Below, piece after piece: positions 1 through 8,418 of a DNA stretch of 64,000 nucleotides. The stretch's first letter is position 1. Each line of letters starts with the position of its first letter. A model generated the notes under the pieces. It did not search any database, was not told the DNA's origin, and worked only from the letters and a program-made list of their open reading frames with translations. The translations under genes and the position numbers were made by a program. The stretch lies in contig CAYVHB010000004.1 of NCBI GenBank assembly GCA_964450865.1, positions 40,363-104,362 of the forward strand, read 5' to 3'. Source of the stretch: an uncultured Oscillospiraceae bacterium (lineage in GTDB: Bacteria > Bacillota > Clostridia > Saccharofermentanales > UBA5734).

Positions 1-327
1 GGCCAGGCGCCGGACTTTCTTGGGCAGGGAATAGCTGTAGTCGCGCGGTTTTGGACCAAAAATAATGCCGCCGCCGACATGCTGGGCGGAACGGGTCGAG
101 CCCTGGCGGGCCCGGCCGGTGCCTTTCTGACGATAGGGCTTCTTGCCGCCGCCGCTGACTTCGCTGCGGAGCTTGGTTGAGTGGGTACCCTGCCGGCGGT
201 TGGCCAGCTGGTTGAGAACGGCGCGATGCAGCACGTCCTGATTCGGCTCAATGCCGAAGATGGCGTCGGACAGCTCGATACTGCCAGTAACGATACCATC
301 CATGTTGTATACATCAACTTTTGCCAT
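1..327 (-). CDS. rplD: 50S ribosomal protein L4 (N-terminal part; 3' end runs off window start)
   Basis: Reverse complement of 300-327 reads ATG GCA AAA GTT GAT GTA TAC AAC ATG = MAKVDVYNM, the canonical L4 N-terminus; RBS GGAGGAG upstream; position directly downstream of rplC as in the S10 operon. Confidence 0.8.
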   Translation of the reverse strand, partial: MAKVDVYNMDGIVTGSIELSDAIFGIEPNQDVLHRAVLNQLANRRQGTHSTKLRSEVSGGGKKPYRQKGTGRARQGSTRSAQHVGGGIIFGPKPRDYSYSLPKKVRRLA

Positions 328-352
328 TTCTATGCTCCTCCTTTACGCCGGT

Positions 353-976
353 TTATTTGGACTTGACAGATGTCGTGATCTTGACGACGCCGCCTTTAGG
401 TCCGGGGACAGCGCCCTTGATGACAAGGATATTGCGCTCGCCATCGACCAGGACTACGTCGAGATTCTGCACGGTGACATTGACCGCGCCCATGTGACCG
501 GGCAGCTTCTTGCCTTTGAAAACACGGGCCGGATCGGTGTTGGGACCCATCGAACCGACGCGGCGATGGTACATCGAACCGTGGGTTTCCGGGCCGCCGC
601 TCTGATTGTAGCGCTTGATGGTACCGGCAAAGCCTTTGCCCTTGGATACACCGCTGACGTCAACAGCGTCGCCGGGGGCGAACATGTCGGATACGCGAAT
701 GACCTGGCCGAGACTGTAATCGGCAGCGGTCTGGAATTCACGCAGGTACTTGAGGGGTGTGACCCCGGCCTTGCTGAACTGGCCTTTGTTCGGACGGGTG
801 ATCCGCTTGGCGGTACCGTAACCGACCTTGACAGCCTTGTAACCATCATTCTGGACAGTTTTGTTCTGGACAACCACGAGCGGCCCGCAATCGATGACGG
901 TAACGGGGATCGCGGTGCCATTCGCATCGAACAGCTGCGTCATACCTGCTTTTTTGCCAAGCATGAATTTCTCCAT
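353..976 (-). CDS. rplC: 50S ribosomal protein L3
   Basis: ORF translation MLGKKAGMTQLFDANGTAIPVTVIDCGPLVVVQNKTVQNDGYKAVKVGYG matches the L3 family throughout; sits between rpsJ and rplD. Confidence 0.95.
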   Translation of the reverse strand: MEKFMLGKKAGMTQLFDANGTAIPVTVIDCGPLVVVQNKTVQNDGYKAVKVGYGTAKRITRPNKGQFSKAGVTPLKYLREFQTAADYSLGQVIRVSDMFAPGDAVDVSGVSKGKGFAGTIKRYNQSGGPETHGSMYHRRVGSMGPNTDPARVFKGKKLPGHMGAVNVTVQNLDVVLVDGERNILVIKGAVPGPKGGVVKITTSVKSK

Positions 977-1066
977 TGACTTTACCTCCTGGGTTATTGG
1001 TTCACCCGGACGGGGGCGAACTTGACCGTTGCGGCTGGCGGGCGGGGCCCGGGCCGCATCAAAGCT

Positions 1067-1378
1067 TTACAGCTTGATTTCGATGTTGACACCGGCGGGC
1101 ATCTCGAGCTTCATCAATGCGTCGACGGTCCTGGTGTTGGGAGCAAGGATGTCGATCAGGCGTTTATGGGTGCGGATCTCGAACTGCTCACGGGCGTCCT
1201 TGTACTTGTGCGGGGACCGCAGGATCGTGACGATCTCCTTTTCCGTCGGCAGCGGGATTGGCCCGGATACGCTGGCCCCCGTGCGCTTGGCGGTTTCAAC
1301 GATACGTTCGGCGCTCTCGTCGAGAATGTGATGGTCAAAAGCTTTCAGTCTGATTCTGATCTTCTGGTTAACTGCCAT
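1067..1378 (-). CDS. rpsJ: 30S ribosomal protein S10
   Basis: Internal Met of track ORF gives [77 protein letters not shown], near-identical to S10; RBS AAGGAGG 7 nt upstream of ATG at 1378. Confidence 0.95.
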   Translation of the reverse strand: MAVNQKIRIRLKAFDHHILDESAERIVETAKRTGASVSGPIPLPTEKEIVTILRSPHKYKDAREQFEIRTHKRLIDILAPNTRTVDALMKLEMPAGVNIEIKL

Positions 1379-1678
1379 GGTCTCAAACCTCCTTGATTGC
1401 TGCTGGTCAAACATCAACTGTGCCGGGCGTATCATCGTCTTCCAACATAAAACCCAGGTTCTGAATCTTGAGGCAAGACTCAGGCGCTGGGCACATGCCG
1501 GTCAGGGCATACGCTGCGTCGGGATAGTCGGTTTGCCGCCCAATTTCTCTGAATCGGGCTACTCCGTCGAAGTTACCCGTCGGGCGGCCGCAGCGGCCGT
1601 CAACGGCAATCTCCAACATCATCGCCTGCGCGGCTGTTCCCGGCTTGCAGGCGGGAATGGCATAGTCGCGCACGGGAT

Positions 1679-1707
1679 ATTTTATATCAATGGCAAGGGT
1701 TTGGCAA
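1679..1707 (-). promoter_or_regulatory. Candidate sigma-A promoter of S10 operon (TTGCCA-N17-TAAAAT), about 300-nt leader
   Basis: Minus-strand reading gives TTGCCA aacccttgccattgata TAAAAT in an AT-rich patch upstream of rpsJ; no ORF between it and rpsJ. Confidence 0.45.
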
Positions 1708-1877
1708 GGGTTTTTTTGATATTTTCCGGCTGAATTTTCGGATTTTTCGGCTGTCTGGCAGTGTGGCATGGCGATGGCTGCGAGGCCGGGACCGTGCGCG
1801 CCGCTCAGACACGTCCGCTGGTGCGGACGAACTCGCCTTGGCACGCGATCCCGGCTCCGGCCGCCAGGTTTTGCGTC

Positions 1878-1911
1878 CTTTGTCGGGACAGGAAAAAGGC
1901 CGGCGTTTGCA
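1878..1911 (-). terminator. Rho-independent terminator downstream of membrane-protein gene
   Basis: Minus strand: CCGGCTGACTGCAAACGCCGG hairpin followed by CCTTTTTCC run immediately 3' of stop at 1913. Confidence 0.5.
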
Positions 1912-1912
1912 G

Positions 1913-2590
1913 TCAGCCGGTTGCGTGACTGGCTTGTGACCTGGACGGGACCGGTTCCCTGACAATCCACCAGATGACAGCGCTGCTAAGGGCGGCCAGG
2001 AAACACCAGACCGACACGAGATGAGTCCGGTACATGGTCAGGGTCACGATATAAGCGGCCGTGATAACAAGCGCAAATACGATCATCCGGCGGTGGCTGC
2101 TGAGATATAGCGGCAGGATCGTCGCGCTTAGATAAGCAAAATACATAATACGGGCCAGCAGCGGCGGGGCCGATGTTGCGTAAAGAATATGCTGGCCAAT
2201 GATTGTTGCATGGACGGGCAACATGACCAGCCCCACGCCATAGCCAAGTGAAACCAATGTGCCTATGGTCAGTGGCAGGATCAGCAAGCGACGGCGGAAA
2301 GGTTGTCTTTCCATCAGGAGGGTCGACAGTGGCACCATGGCCGGCCAGATGACGACTGCGGCCAGCAAATAGAGAATCGTCGCCGGCCTCTGCATCCAGG
2401 CTGATTGCGGCGCCTGGAGACTGCGCCAGACAAAGCCCTCTGCCACCTGCTGCAGGCCGAAAACCAATGGAATAGCCGCAAACAGGCGCTGCGAAGGCTG
2501 CTGGTTTGCCCTGATACTGGCAATGCCCAGGGCGGTCAGGACTGTTCCACTGGCAAAGCTGGATAAAGCGGAAAAACACATAATCATCAT
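1913..2590 (-). CDS. Integral membrane protein of unknown function (about 6 predicted TM helices)
   Basis: Start MMIMCFSALSS preceded by GGAGGA RBS (the longer 301-aa track ORF would overlap the DUF3795 gene); highly hydrophobic throughout. Confidence 0.6.
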   Translation of the reverse strand: MMIMCFSALSSFASGTVLTALGIASIRANQQPSQRLFAAIPLVFGLQQVAEGFVWRSLQAPQSAWMQRPATILYLLAAVVIWPAMVPLSTLLMERQPFRRRLLILPLTIGTLVSLGYGVGLVMLPVHATIIGQHILYATSAPPLLARIMYFAYLSATILPLYLSSHRRMIVFALVITAAYIVTLTMYRTHLVSVWCFLAALSSAVIWWIVREPVPSRSQASHATG

Positions 2591-2688
2591 CCTCCTCGTA
2601 TGGAACCCGGCTGGCGCACAACATTTTGTTTGCAGAACATCGCTGGCGTACATTAACAGTATCATGTAAAACCTTTTTCGTGATGCTG

Positions 2689-3174
2689 TCAAATCTGATG
2701 GTCTAGCGGGTCGTTGTCCCAGCGGTATCTGGGGTTTTTGCGGAGCAGACCAAGCTGACAATGCAAACACAAGCCAACGTGACAACAAATAACGTCGCCA
2801 CAGTCCGGGCAGGTCCATTTCACAGTTTCCCGATGCAGAAAAGCCGAAATTCCGTTTTCCCGGATGAGGTTGAGATTGTCAATCATACTTAAATGATATC
2901 GGCTTCGGTAACGCTTATCCAGTCTTTTCAATCGTTTGCAGGGAAACTGCGCACATTCAAAGCAATATCGAATCTGCCCGGTACCAATTTTCTCACAAGC
3001 AGCACGCATAAAAACACAATGCTGGCCTCGCGGTCGGCAACCGGGGCAATACTTGCGGTGCAGGCCCCGCCTGTTCAGATCATGTTTCATAGCCAGATAA
3101 CTGATACAGACTGCGCAATTCATCCCACAGGGAGCCACGAGCGATTCATCCATCAACGGTTTATCCATCATCAA
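2689..3174 (-). CDS. DUF3795-like Cys-rich protein (16 Cys in CxxC pairs; putative metal/Fe-S binding)
   Basis: CGMNCAVCISY, CPGCRP, CFECAQFPC, CPDCGDVICCHVGLCLHC motifs typical of the DUF3795 family. Confidence 0.65.
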   Translation of the reverse strand: MMMDKPLMDESLVAPCGMNCAVCISYLAMKHDLNRRGLHRKYCPGCRPRGQHCVFMRAACEKIGTGQIRYCFECAQFPCKRLKRLDKRYRSRYHLSMIDNLNLIRENGISAFLHRETVKWTCPDCGDVICCHVGLCLHCQLGLLRKNPRYRWDNDPLDHQI

Positions 3175-3438
3175 CCAACCTCACTCCACCGGGGATCAAT
3201 CTGGCCAGGCCCTGCTAATCCATGCAAAGAGATTCATGGCCAGGCCGATTCACGTTTGCATCCAGATGATTTATACTGATTATACATCCATTTTATCCCA
3301 AATCAGCTGCAAGTGTCTCCGGCATAATCAGCTGCCCGTACATGACCGTACCCATGCAAAGCATGCATGCATCCAGCTGCTTCGGCAGTACCTGTTAAAG
3401 GTTCAAAATGAACTCATACGGATGTGAGGTAACGCCCG

Positions 3439-4350
3439 ATGAAATCGCAATCAATGGCCTGCACCGGACCTGACTGGCTCAATCAGATACATCCATCGCA
3501 ATCGCCGGACAGGCAGGCCGTGAATCATTTCCCAGGGCGCAGGCGAATTCTAAACGATCAGTTACCTCTGATTCCAGGTATATCCCTGATTCTGTCCCTG
3601 GCCCTGACTCTGGCCTTGCTCCCGCTGACCGCCTGCCAGGCCAATCCGGCCCTGACTGTTTCATCGTCTGACAGCTCGTCCTCGCCTGGCTCATCAACCG
3701 CGGATGGCTCAAGCAGTATAACCAGCACTGTCATTGCGGCTAGCGCGTCGCCAACACCTGACGTCATTTCACAAGCTACACTCAAACGATTCAGGGTCGG
3801 CGAAGTCCGGGATTATCAGGGCATGCGCCTCGATCCGGCTGTTGGGCCGCGTGATAATTCAATCAAAGGCATCCAGATTGTCGACATTGACCAATACCGC
3901 CTGCGCATTGATGGCCTCGTAACAGCACCGGTCGAACTTTCCTGCCCGCAGGTTCTGGAACTGACACCCGACGAACGGCTGATTACCCTCTACTGTGTCG
4001 AGGGCTGGGATGCGACCATTCTCTGGAAAGGTGTTCGCATTGAGGAATTGATTGACCTGGCCGGTGGGGCATCCGACCAGGCCAAAACTGTCATATTCCA
4101 CGCGGTTGACGGATATACCACATCATTGTCACTGGCCGCAATCAAGGAAATGGATACAATCCTGGCTTATCAGGCCAATAATCTGCCGCTGCCACCAGAA
4201 ATGGGCTATCCCTTTATCGTCGTCGCCGAGCGCAAATATGGTTACAAATGGGCCCGCTGGGTCAATCGCATCGAGCTCTCGGCCAACGAAAATTACAAAG
4301 GTTACTGGGAAGAACTCGGCTTTGATAACGATGGCGGCATCTATAGATAA
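3439..4350 (+). CDS. Molybdopterin-dependent oxidoreductase (sulfite oxidase / YedY-MsrP-like fold), Tat-type lipoprotein
   Basis: GRRRIL twin-Arg motif then hydrophobic stretch and lipobox LLPLTAC; catalytic-domain motifs YCVEGWDATILWKGVRIEEL and YKWARWVNRIEL; RBS TGAGGTAA before ATG. Confidence 0.75.
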   Translation: MKSQSMACTGPDWLNQIHPSQSPDRQAVNHFPGRRRILNDQLPLIPGISLILSLALTLALLPLTACQANPALTVSSSDSSSSPGSSTADGSSSITSTVIAASASPTPDVISQATLKRFRVGEVRDYQGMRLDPAVGPRDNSIKGIQIVDIDQYRLRIDGLVTAPVELSCPQVLELTPDERLITLYCVEGWDATILWKGVRIEELIDLAGGASDQAKTVIFHAVDGYTTSLSLAAIKEMDTILAYQANNLPLPPEMGYPFIVVAERKYGYKWARWVNRIELSANENYKGYWEELGFDNDGGIYR

Positions 4351-4462
4351 GTCTGCAGCAGCATCCGTCTCAGAAAATGCCTGCCCGGTCCGGGTTTGGC
4401 ATAAATAGTAGCAACTGTGCAAAAATGTGCGGACAAAATGCAAATGAAGAGGGTGAAATATC

Positions 4463-5230
4463 ATGAGTGGCTGGCTGATAATCTTGCTGCAGAAATATTT
4501 GCCAATAGCATTTGCCCGGACCACATCCTCACAGCACGTATCCTTGCGGACTATTCCGGCCCGATGCGCTTCCTTGCGGGCATTTCCCGCTCGACAGTCA
4601 TCAATGCGGGCAATCATTCCACCGTCTTGCCTGTCAACGCTCTTGCTTTCGCCGGCCCAGTCGTTCTGGATACCAGTGTTCCAGGCCGGGGTATGGAACG
4701 CCTGGATTTTCCTGCTGTTTCCTGTTCTGCAAAATCTGATTATCTGGTTATTTAACAAGCCACTGTACAGGCGAACCGGGCAACCACCGGAATCGACCCC
4801 CAGTACTGCTTATCAGACAGCCAGCTTCCTGACAACAGTTGTCTGGATACTGTCGACTTTATATGCCATATTCCTGCCGCTCCGTCTGGGGACAATCTGG
4901 CTTTATATCGGATTTGCTCTGCTTCTTGGCGGCATCCTGTTCAGCATTGCCGCGACTATCAATTTTGCCAGAACACCAGTGAACAGTCCCGTCACGTCCG
5001 GAGCCTATCGCTATTCCAGACATCCACTTTATCTGTCATTCATTCTTATCTATCTGGGAACCAGCCTGGCAACGTTGTCCTGGATTTTTCTGCTGATTAC
5101 AGTGATCCTGGCTGGATGCATGAGCCGGTCAGCTGATGAGGAAGAGAATTTCTGCCTCAAACAATTTGGCAAAACATACCAGATCTATCAGACAAGGACA
5201 CCAAAATGGATAGGCATACCGAAACACTGA
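4463..5230 (+). CDS. Isoprenylcysteine carboxyl methyltransferase (ICMT)/phospholipid methyltransferase family membrane protein; N-terminus uncertain
   Basis: C-terminal GAYRYSRHPLYLSFILIYLG (RHP motif) and EE..L...FG..Y..Y motif of the ICMT/PEMT family; strong RBS GAAGAGGGTGA before 4463; first 60 codons encode three imperfect roughly 30-bp tandem repeats, alternative start at Met48 (4604). Confidence 0.6.
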   Translation: MSGWLIILLQKYLPIAFARTTSSQHVSLRTIPARCASLRAFPARQSSMRAIIPPSCLSTLLLSPAQSFWIPVFQAGVWNAWIFLLFPVLQNLIIWLFNKPLYRRTGQPPESTPSTAYQTASFLTTVVWILSTLYAIFLPLRLGTIWLYIGFALLLGGILFSIAATINFARTPVNSPVTSGAYRYSRHPLYLSFILIYLGTSLATLSWIFLLITVILAGCMSRSADEEENFCLKQFGKTYQIYQTRTPKWIGIPKH

Positions 5231-5454
5231 ACAATTCGACAGGGCAGCCTTGCTGCCCGTCCGTTCATGACCTTCATCAGTAACAGCCGGGAACATTGAC
5301 GCACGCTTGCACGTCGAACAATCAGAAACTCAAGAAACCAGACTGCAGCCGTTCCGGCCCCAAATTCATGAAGGAAATCCTGTTCATATGCAAAATCGGC
5401 AACAAACCTGCCATCAGGCAGTTGCCAGATAAACCAGGATGTGAGGTGTTACCC

Positions 5455-6831
5455 ATGCGAACGCAATACCCGGACCGGCGATATTCACGGGTGTATCTGG
5501 CTGGTTGTATCCTGCTGGTTTTCACCCTGCTCTTCGCCGGATGCCAGATCAATGCCCCGACAAACCAGTCAGTAACAAGCATGACAACCAACCACTCAAC
5601 CAGCTCAACATCCCCCACCACGCTGGCGGACTCTCACACCGGCGACCTGATGGCCGCCATCCCCGTCGAAGCCTGGCCCCAGTCACCGTCCACCCCCAGC
5701 CAGCCCTTCCAGGCATCGGTTCAGGCCTTCGCCGCCCGCTTGCTGCAAACTACACTGGCCAGCAAGAACAACGGCAATGTCATGATCTCACCGGCGTCCG
5801 TTTTTCTGGCCCTGGCCATGACCCTGAATGGAGCCGATGGCGAGACTAAACAAGCGATGCTGCAGGTGTTAGCCGGCCAGGGGCTGTCGCTCGCAGAAGT
5901 TAACACGATCAGCCGCGACTGGCAAGCCTTGCTCTGTAAAACTGGCAGTAAAACAACCCTGGCCATTGCCAATGCCATCTTCTTCCGCCAATCTTTCCAG
6001 CCGGATCAAAGCTTCCTGCAACGCAACGCAGACTACTTCAAGGCCGGCGCCAGCCGCCTGGACTTTGCAGACCAGAAATCAACTGACGTGATCAATGCCT
6101 GGGTCCAGGAATCAACCCGCGGCACTATCAAAAAAATCGTCGATAAAATCCCGGCGACAACCGTCATGTACCTGATCAATTCAATTTACTTCAAATCAGA
6201 CTGGCAGACGCCCTTTATCAAAGAGGAAAATCGCGAGATACCCTTCCAGACGCCAGCTGGAGCAGTCACGACAAAATTCATGCACCGTATCGACAAAATG
6301 AGCTATTTCACCGGCGAAGGGGTCAGCGGCGTGGCCCTGCCCTACGACAACGGCCAGTTCGTTTACTTCGCCATGCTGCCAGATGGAACAACAACGCCCC
6401 GGCAATGGCTGGCCAAACAGGAACCTGCCAGTCTCTTGGCCAAAATAACCGCCCTGATGGCCCAGAAATCCAATTTCACGGTCGAACTGCAAATGCCCAA
6501 ATTCGAAGTGAGCTTTGAAGACACACTGAACGAAACCCTGTCTACCCTCGGCATGGACATCGCCTTCGATGGCGGCCGGGCCGACTTTTCCTTGCTCAAT
6601 GAGGCACATACCCGTGGCCTCTACATCAGCGAAGTCCGTCACAAAACCTACATCCGCGTCGACGAAAAAGGCACCGAAGCCGCAGCCGTCACCTCAGTCG
6701 CCATCGACGAAAGCGCCATTATCCCAGATGTATCAGTGACCCTCGACCGCCCCTTCATCTACGGCATCATCGACAAAGCCACCGGCATACCCCTCTTCAT
6801 CGGCATCCTCGAAAACCCAACCGCCCAATAA
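5455..6831 (+). CDS. Serpin (serine protease inhibitor) family lipoprotein
   Basis: Signal peptide with lipobox LLFAGCQ, S/T-rich linker, then serpin core: NAIFF, YFKSDWQ, hinge EKGTEAAAVTSV, and C-terminal DRPFIYGIID serpin signature; RBS GAGGTG before ATG 5455. Confidence 0.85.
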   Translation: MRTQYPDRRYSRVYLAGCILLVFTLLFAGCQINAPTNQSVTSMTTNHSTSSTSPTTLADSHTGDLMAAIPVEAWPQSPSTPSQPFQASVQAFAARLLQTTLASKNNGNVMISPASVFLALAMTLNGADGETKQAMLQVLAGQGLSLAEVNTISRDWQALLCKTGSKTTLAIANAIFFRQSFQPDQSFLQRNADYFKAGASRLDFADQKSTDVINAWVQESTRGTIKKIVDKIPATTVMYLINSIYFKSDWQTPFIKEENREIPFQTPAGAVTTKFMHRIDKMSYFTGEGVSGVALPYDNGQFVYFAMLPDGTTTPRQWLAKQEPASLLAKITALMAQKSNFTVELQMPKFEVSFEDTLNETLSTLGMDIAFDGGRADFSLLNEAHTRGLYISEVRHKTYIRVDEKGTEAAAVTSVAIDESAIIPDVSVTLDRPFIYGIIDKATGIPLFIGILENPTAQ

Positions 6832-6851
6832 ACAAGATCCAGATCCGCTCC

Positions 6852-7155
6852 CGGACCCCATCCGGCACCCCCTATCCTCCCCCCCGGCCCAGGCTGAACA
6901 TATAAGCCCGGCACCAGGCCGATGCACCCGGGCGAGTTCCGCAGCCGCGACAGCGGCGAGGACCCCATCCGGCACCCCCTATCCTCCCCCCGGCCCAGGC
7001 TGAACATATAAGCCCGGCACCAGGCCGATGCACCCGAGCGAGTTCCGCAGCCGCGACAGCGGCGAGGACCTGTTCGAGCGAAGTGCACGGCCTGGTGCCG
7101 GGCAATCGTTTATGCTTGGCCCAGACTACGCGGCCTGGTGCCGGGCAATCGTTTA
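6852..7155. repeat. Two tandem about 105-bp direct repeats (6853-6959, 6960-7066) plus two copies of a 24-bp element GGCCTGGTGCCGGGCAATCGTTTA (7089-7112, 7132-7155) whose core is the reverse complement of a 16-mer inside each 105-bp unit
   Basis: Directly seen: units differ by a C-run length (C8 vs C6) and one G/A; GCCCGGCACCAGGCCG (forward, x2) vs CGGCCTGGTGCCGGGC (x2). Confidence 0.85.
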
Positions 7156-7170
7156 ACCACGCCACCAACA

Positions 7171-8352
7171 TCACGGCACAGGCAGCAACGCAAACTCATA
7201 ACCCTGCGCCCGCGCCCCATCAATGACATCACCCAGGATTGCCACATTTGTATCCGAAACCGCATGCAACAAAATGATTGAACCATTATGCAACTGGCCA
7301 AGGATCTGCACCTTGGCATCTGTTCTGGCTGGCTGGTCCGCGGTGTCCCAATCATGATACGCGAAGCTCCAGAATACAGCGGCATATCCTTCATCGGTCA
7401 GGCAGTCGAGAACCCTGGCACTGTAGTAACCACTGGGCGGACGTACCAGCCTGGGCATCGTCTTGCCGGTCAAATCAGCAAATGCGTTCTCCACACCGGT
7501 CAGTTCCTTGCGGACACCACTGTAGCCGTCCTCCGCCATGGTCTCGACCAGATTCGGATGATTGACTGTATGGTTGGCCACCAGATGCCCCTCGCTGACC
7601 ATCCGCCTGACGAGGGCCTTGTTGTTCTTGATATAACTCCCAGTCACAAAGAACGTGATCTTGACCTTTTTTTCCTTGGCAATATCCAGGATTTCAGTTG
7701 TATTGGTCTGATATTCATAGCCTTCATCCATGGTCAGAAAGATGATCTTGCTGCCGGTGACCGGTTTCTGCCACCAGGTCCGGTACGGTGTGATCACGGC
7801 CTTGACTACTGTACTGATCTTGGCTGGCAGGTCCTGGAAAAGCGGATCTGGCGTGATGTACCACCAGCTCAGCTGCGTATTGACCGGTAACGGGGTTGGC
7901 GTCGGAGTAGGTCGGGGAGTCGGTGTCGCCGTTGGTTGCGGGGTCGGATGAGGTGTGGGCGTCGCGGTTGGCTCAGGCGTAACGGTCGGGGCTGGCGTTG
8001 GCGTCGGACTGGGCGCTGATGTAGGCATCGGTGTTGGTGTCAGTCCGGCCGTTGTTACCGTCGGCGCTGTGGTTGCCGTTGTCCCGGTGGTAGCCGATGA
8101 TATCCCGCCCGTTGTCTGCGAATGTTCTGTGGACGTTGGCAATGACTGGGTGCCTGAGCTGCTTTCAGTTGCTTGTGTCGCTGTTTCACTGCTGGTGCCG
8201 GTTGGGGTCGTGGCAGTCGTCAGCGAGGCAGAATGGGATGTCTGCGACATACCCTGACAGCCGCCCAACAGCAAACTGGCCGTCAGTACCAGCGCTGTCA
8301 GCGTATGCAGCAAAATGCGGATAGAATGTTTATGAAACGGCGGTTGACGCAT
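7171..8352 (-). CDS. Polysaccharide deacetylase (NodB-domain, peptidoglycan/chitooligosaccharide deacetylase-like) lipoprotein with Thr/Pro-rich linker
   Basis: Lipobox LLLGGCQ; long TPTP linker; NodB motifs FLTMDEGY (TFDDG-like), HLVANHTVNHP, LVRPPSGYY; RBS GGGGGG. Confidence 0.85.
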   Translation of the reverse strand: MRQPPFHKHSIRILLHTLTALVLTASLLLGGCQGMSQTSHSASLTTATTPTGTSSETATQATESSSGTQSLPTSTEHSQTTGGISSATTGTTATTAPTVTTAGLTPTPMPTSAPSPTPTPAPTVTPEPTATPTPHPTPQPTATPTPRPTPTPTPLPVNTQLSWWYITPDPLFQDLPAKISTVVKAVITPYRTWWQKPVTGSKIIFLTMDEGYEYQTNTTEILDIAKEKKVKITFFVTGSYIKNNKALVRRMVSEGHLVANHTVNHPNLVETMAEDGYSGVRKELTGVENAFADLTGKTMPRLVRPPSGYYSARVLDCLTDEGYAAVFWSFAYHDWDTADQPARTDAKVQILGQLHNGSIILLHAVSDTNVAILGDVIDGARAQGYEFALLPVP

Positions 8353-8418
8353 GATGATTCCCCCCTTTTCTGATGGGGGTGCCGCCAGCGTCGATCTCCA
8401 GTCGAACTTCTGTCGAAA

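Noticed and set aside
251-979. 242-aa plus-strand ORF antisense to rplC, and similar long antisense ORFs (for example 10626..11867 +, 14089..14802 +, 17059..18165 +, 19730..20662 -, 20553..21620 -, 22113..22844 -, 24629..25450 +, 43386..43964 -, 46019..47167 +, 60294..60956 +, 62049..62753 +)
   Set aside because: Shadow ORFs opposite well-supported conserved genes in high-GC DNA; Arg/Gly/Ala/Pro-rich translations without motifs or RBS.
1377-1970. ORFs 1377..1733 (+) and 1407..1970 (-) of 118-187 aa
   Set aside because: Lie in the S10-operon promoter/leader region, no RBS, translations are Arg/Pro/Ala-rich high-GC noise; better explained as non-coding leader plus promoter and terminator.
4417-4755. 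Alternative 112-aa ORF overlapping start of ICMT-like gene
   Set aside because: Different frame, no family signal; the 4463 frame carries the strong RBS and continues into the conserved RHP-motif domain.
5296-5454. 53-codon N-terminal extension of the serpin ORF
   Set aside because: No RBS; signal peptide and GAGGTG RBS define start at 5455.
6852-7155. CRISPR array
   Set aside because: Only two long (105 bp) direct repeats with no unique spacers and no cas genes nearby; not CRISPR.
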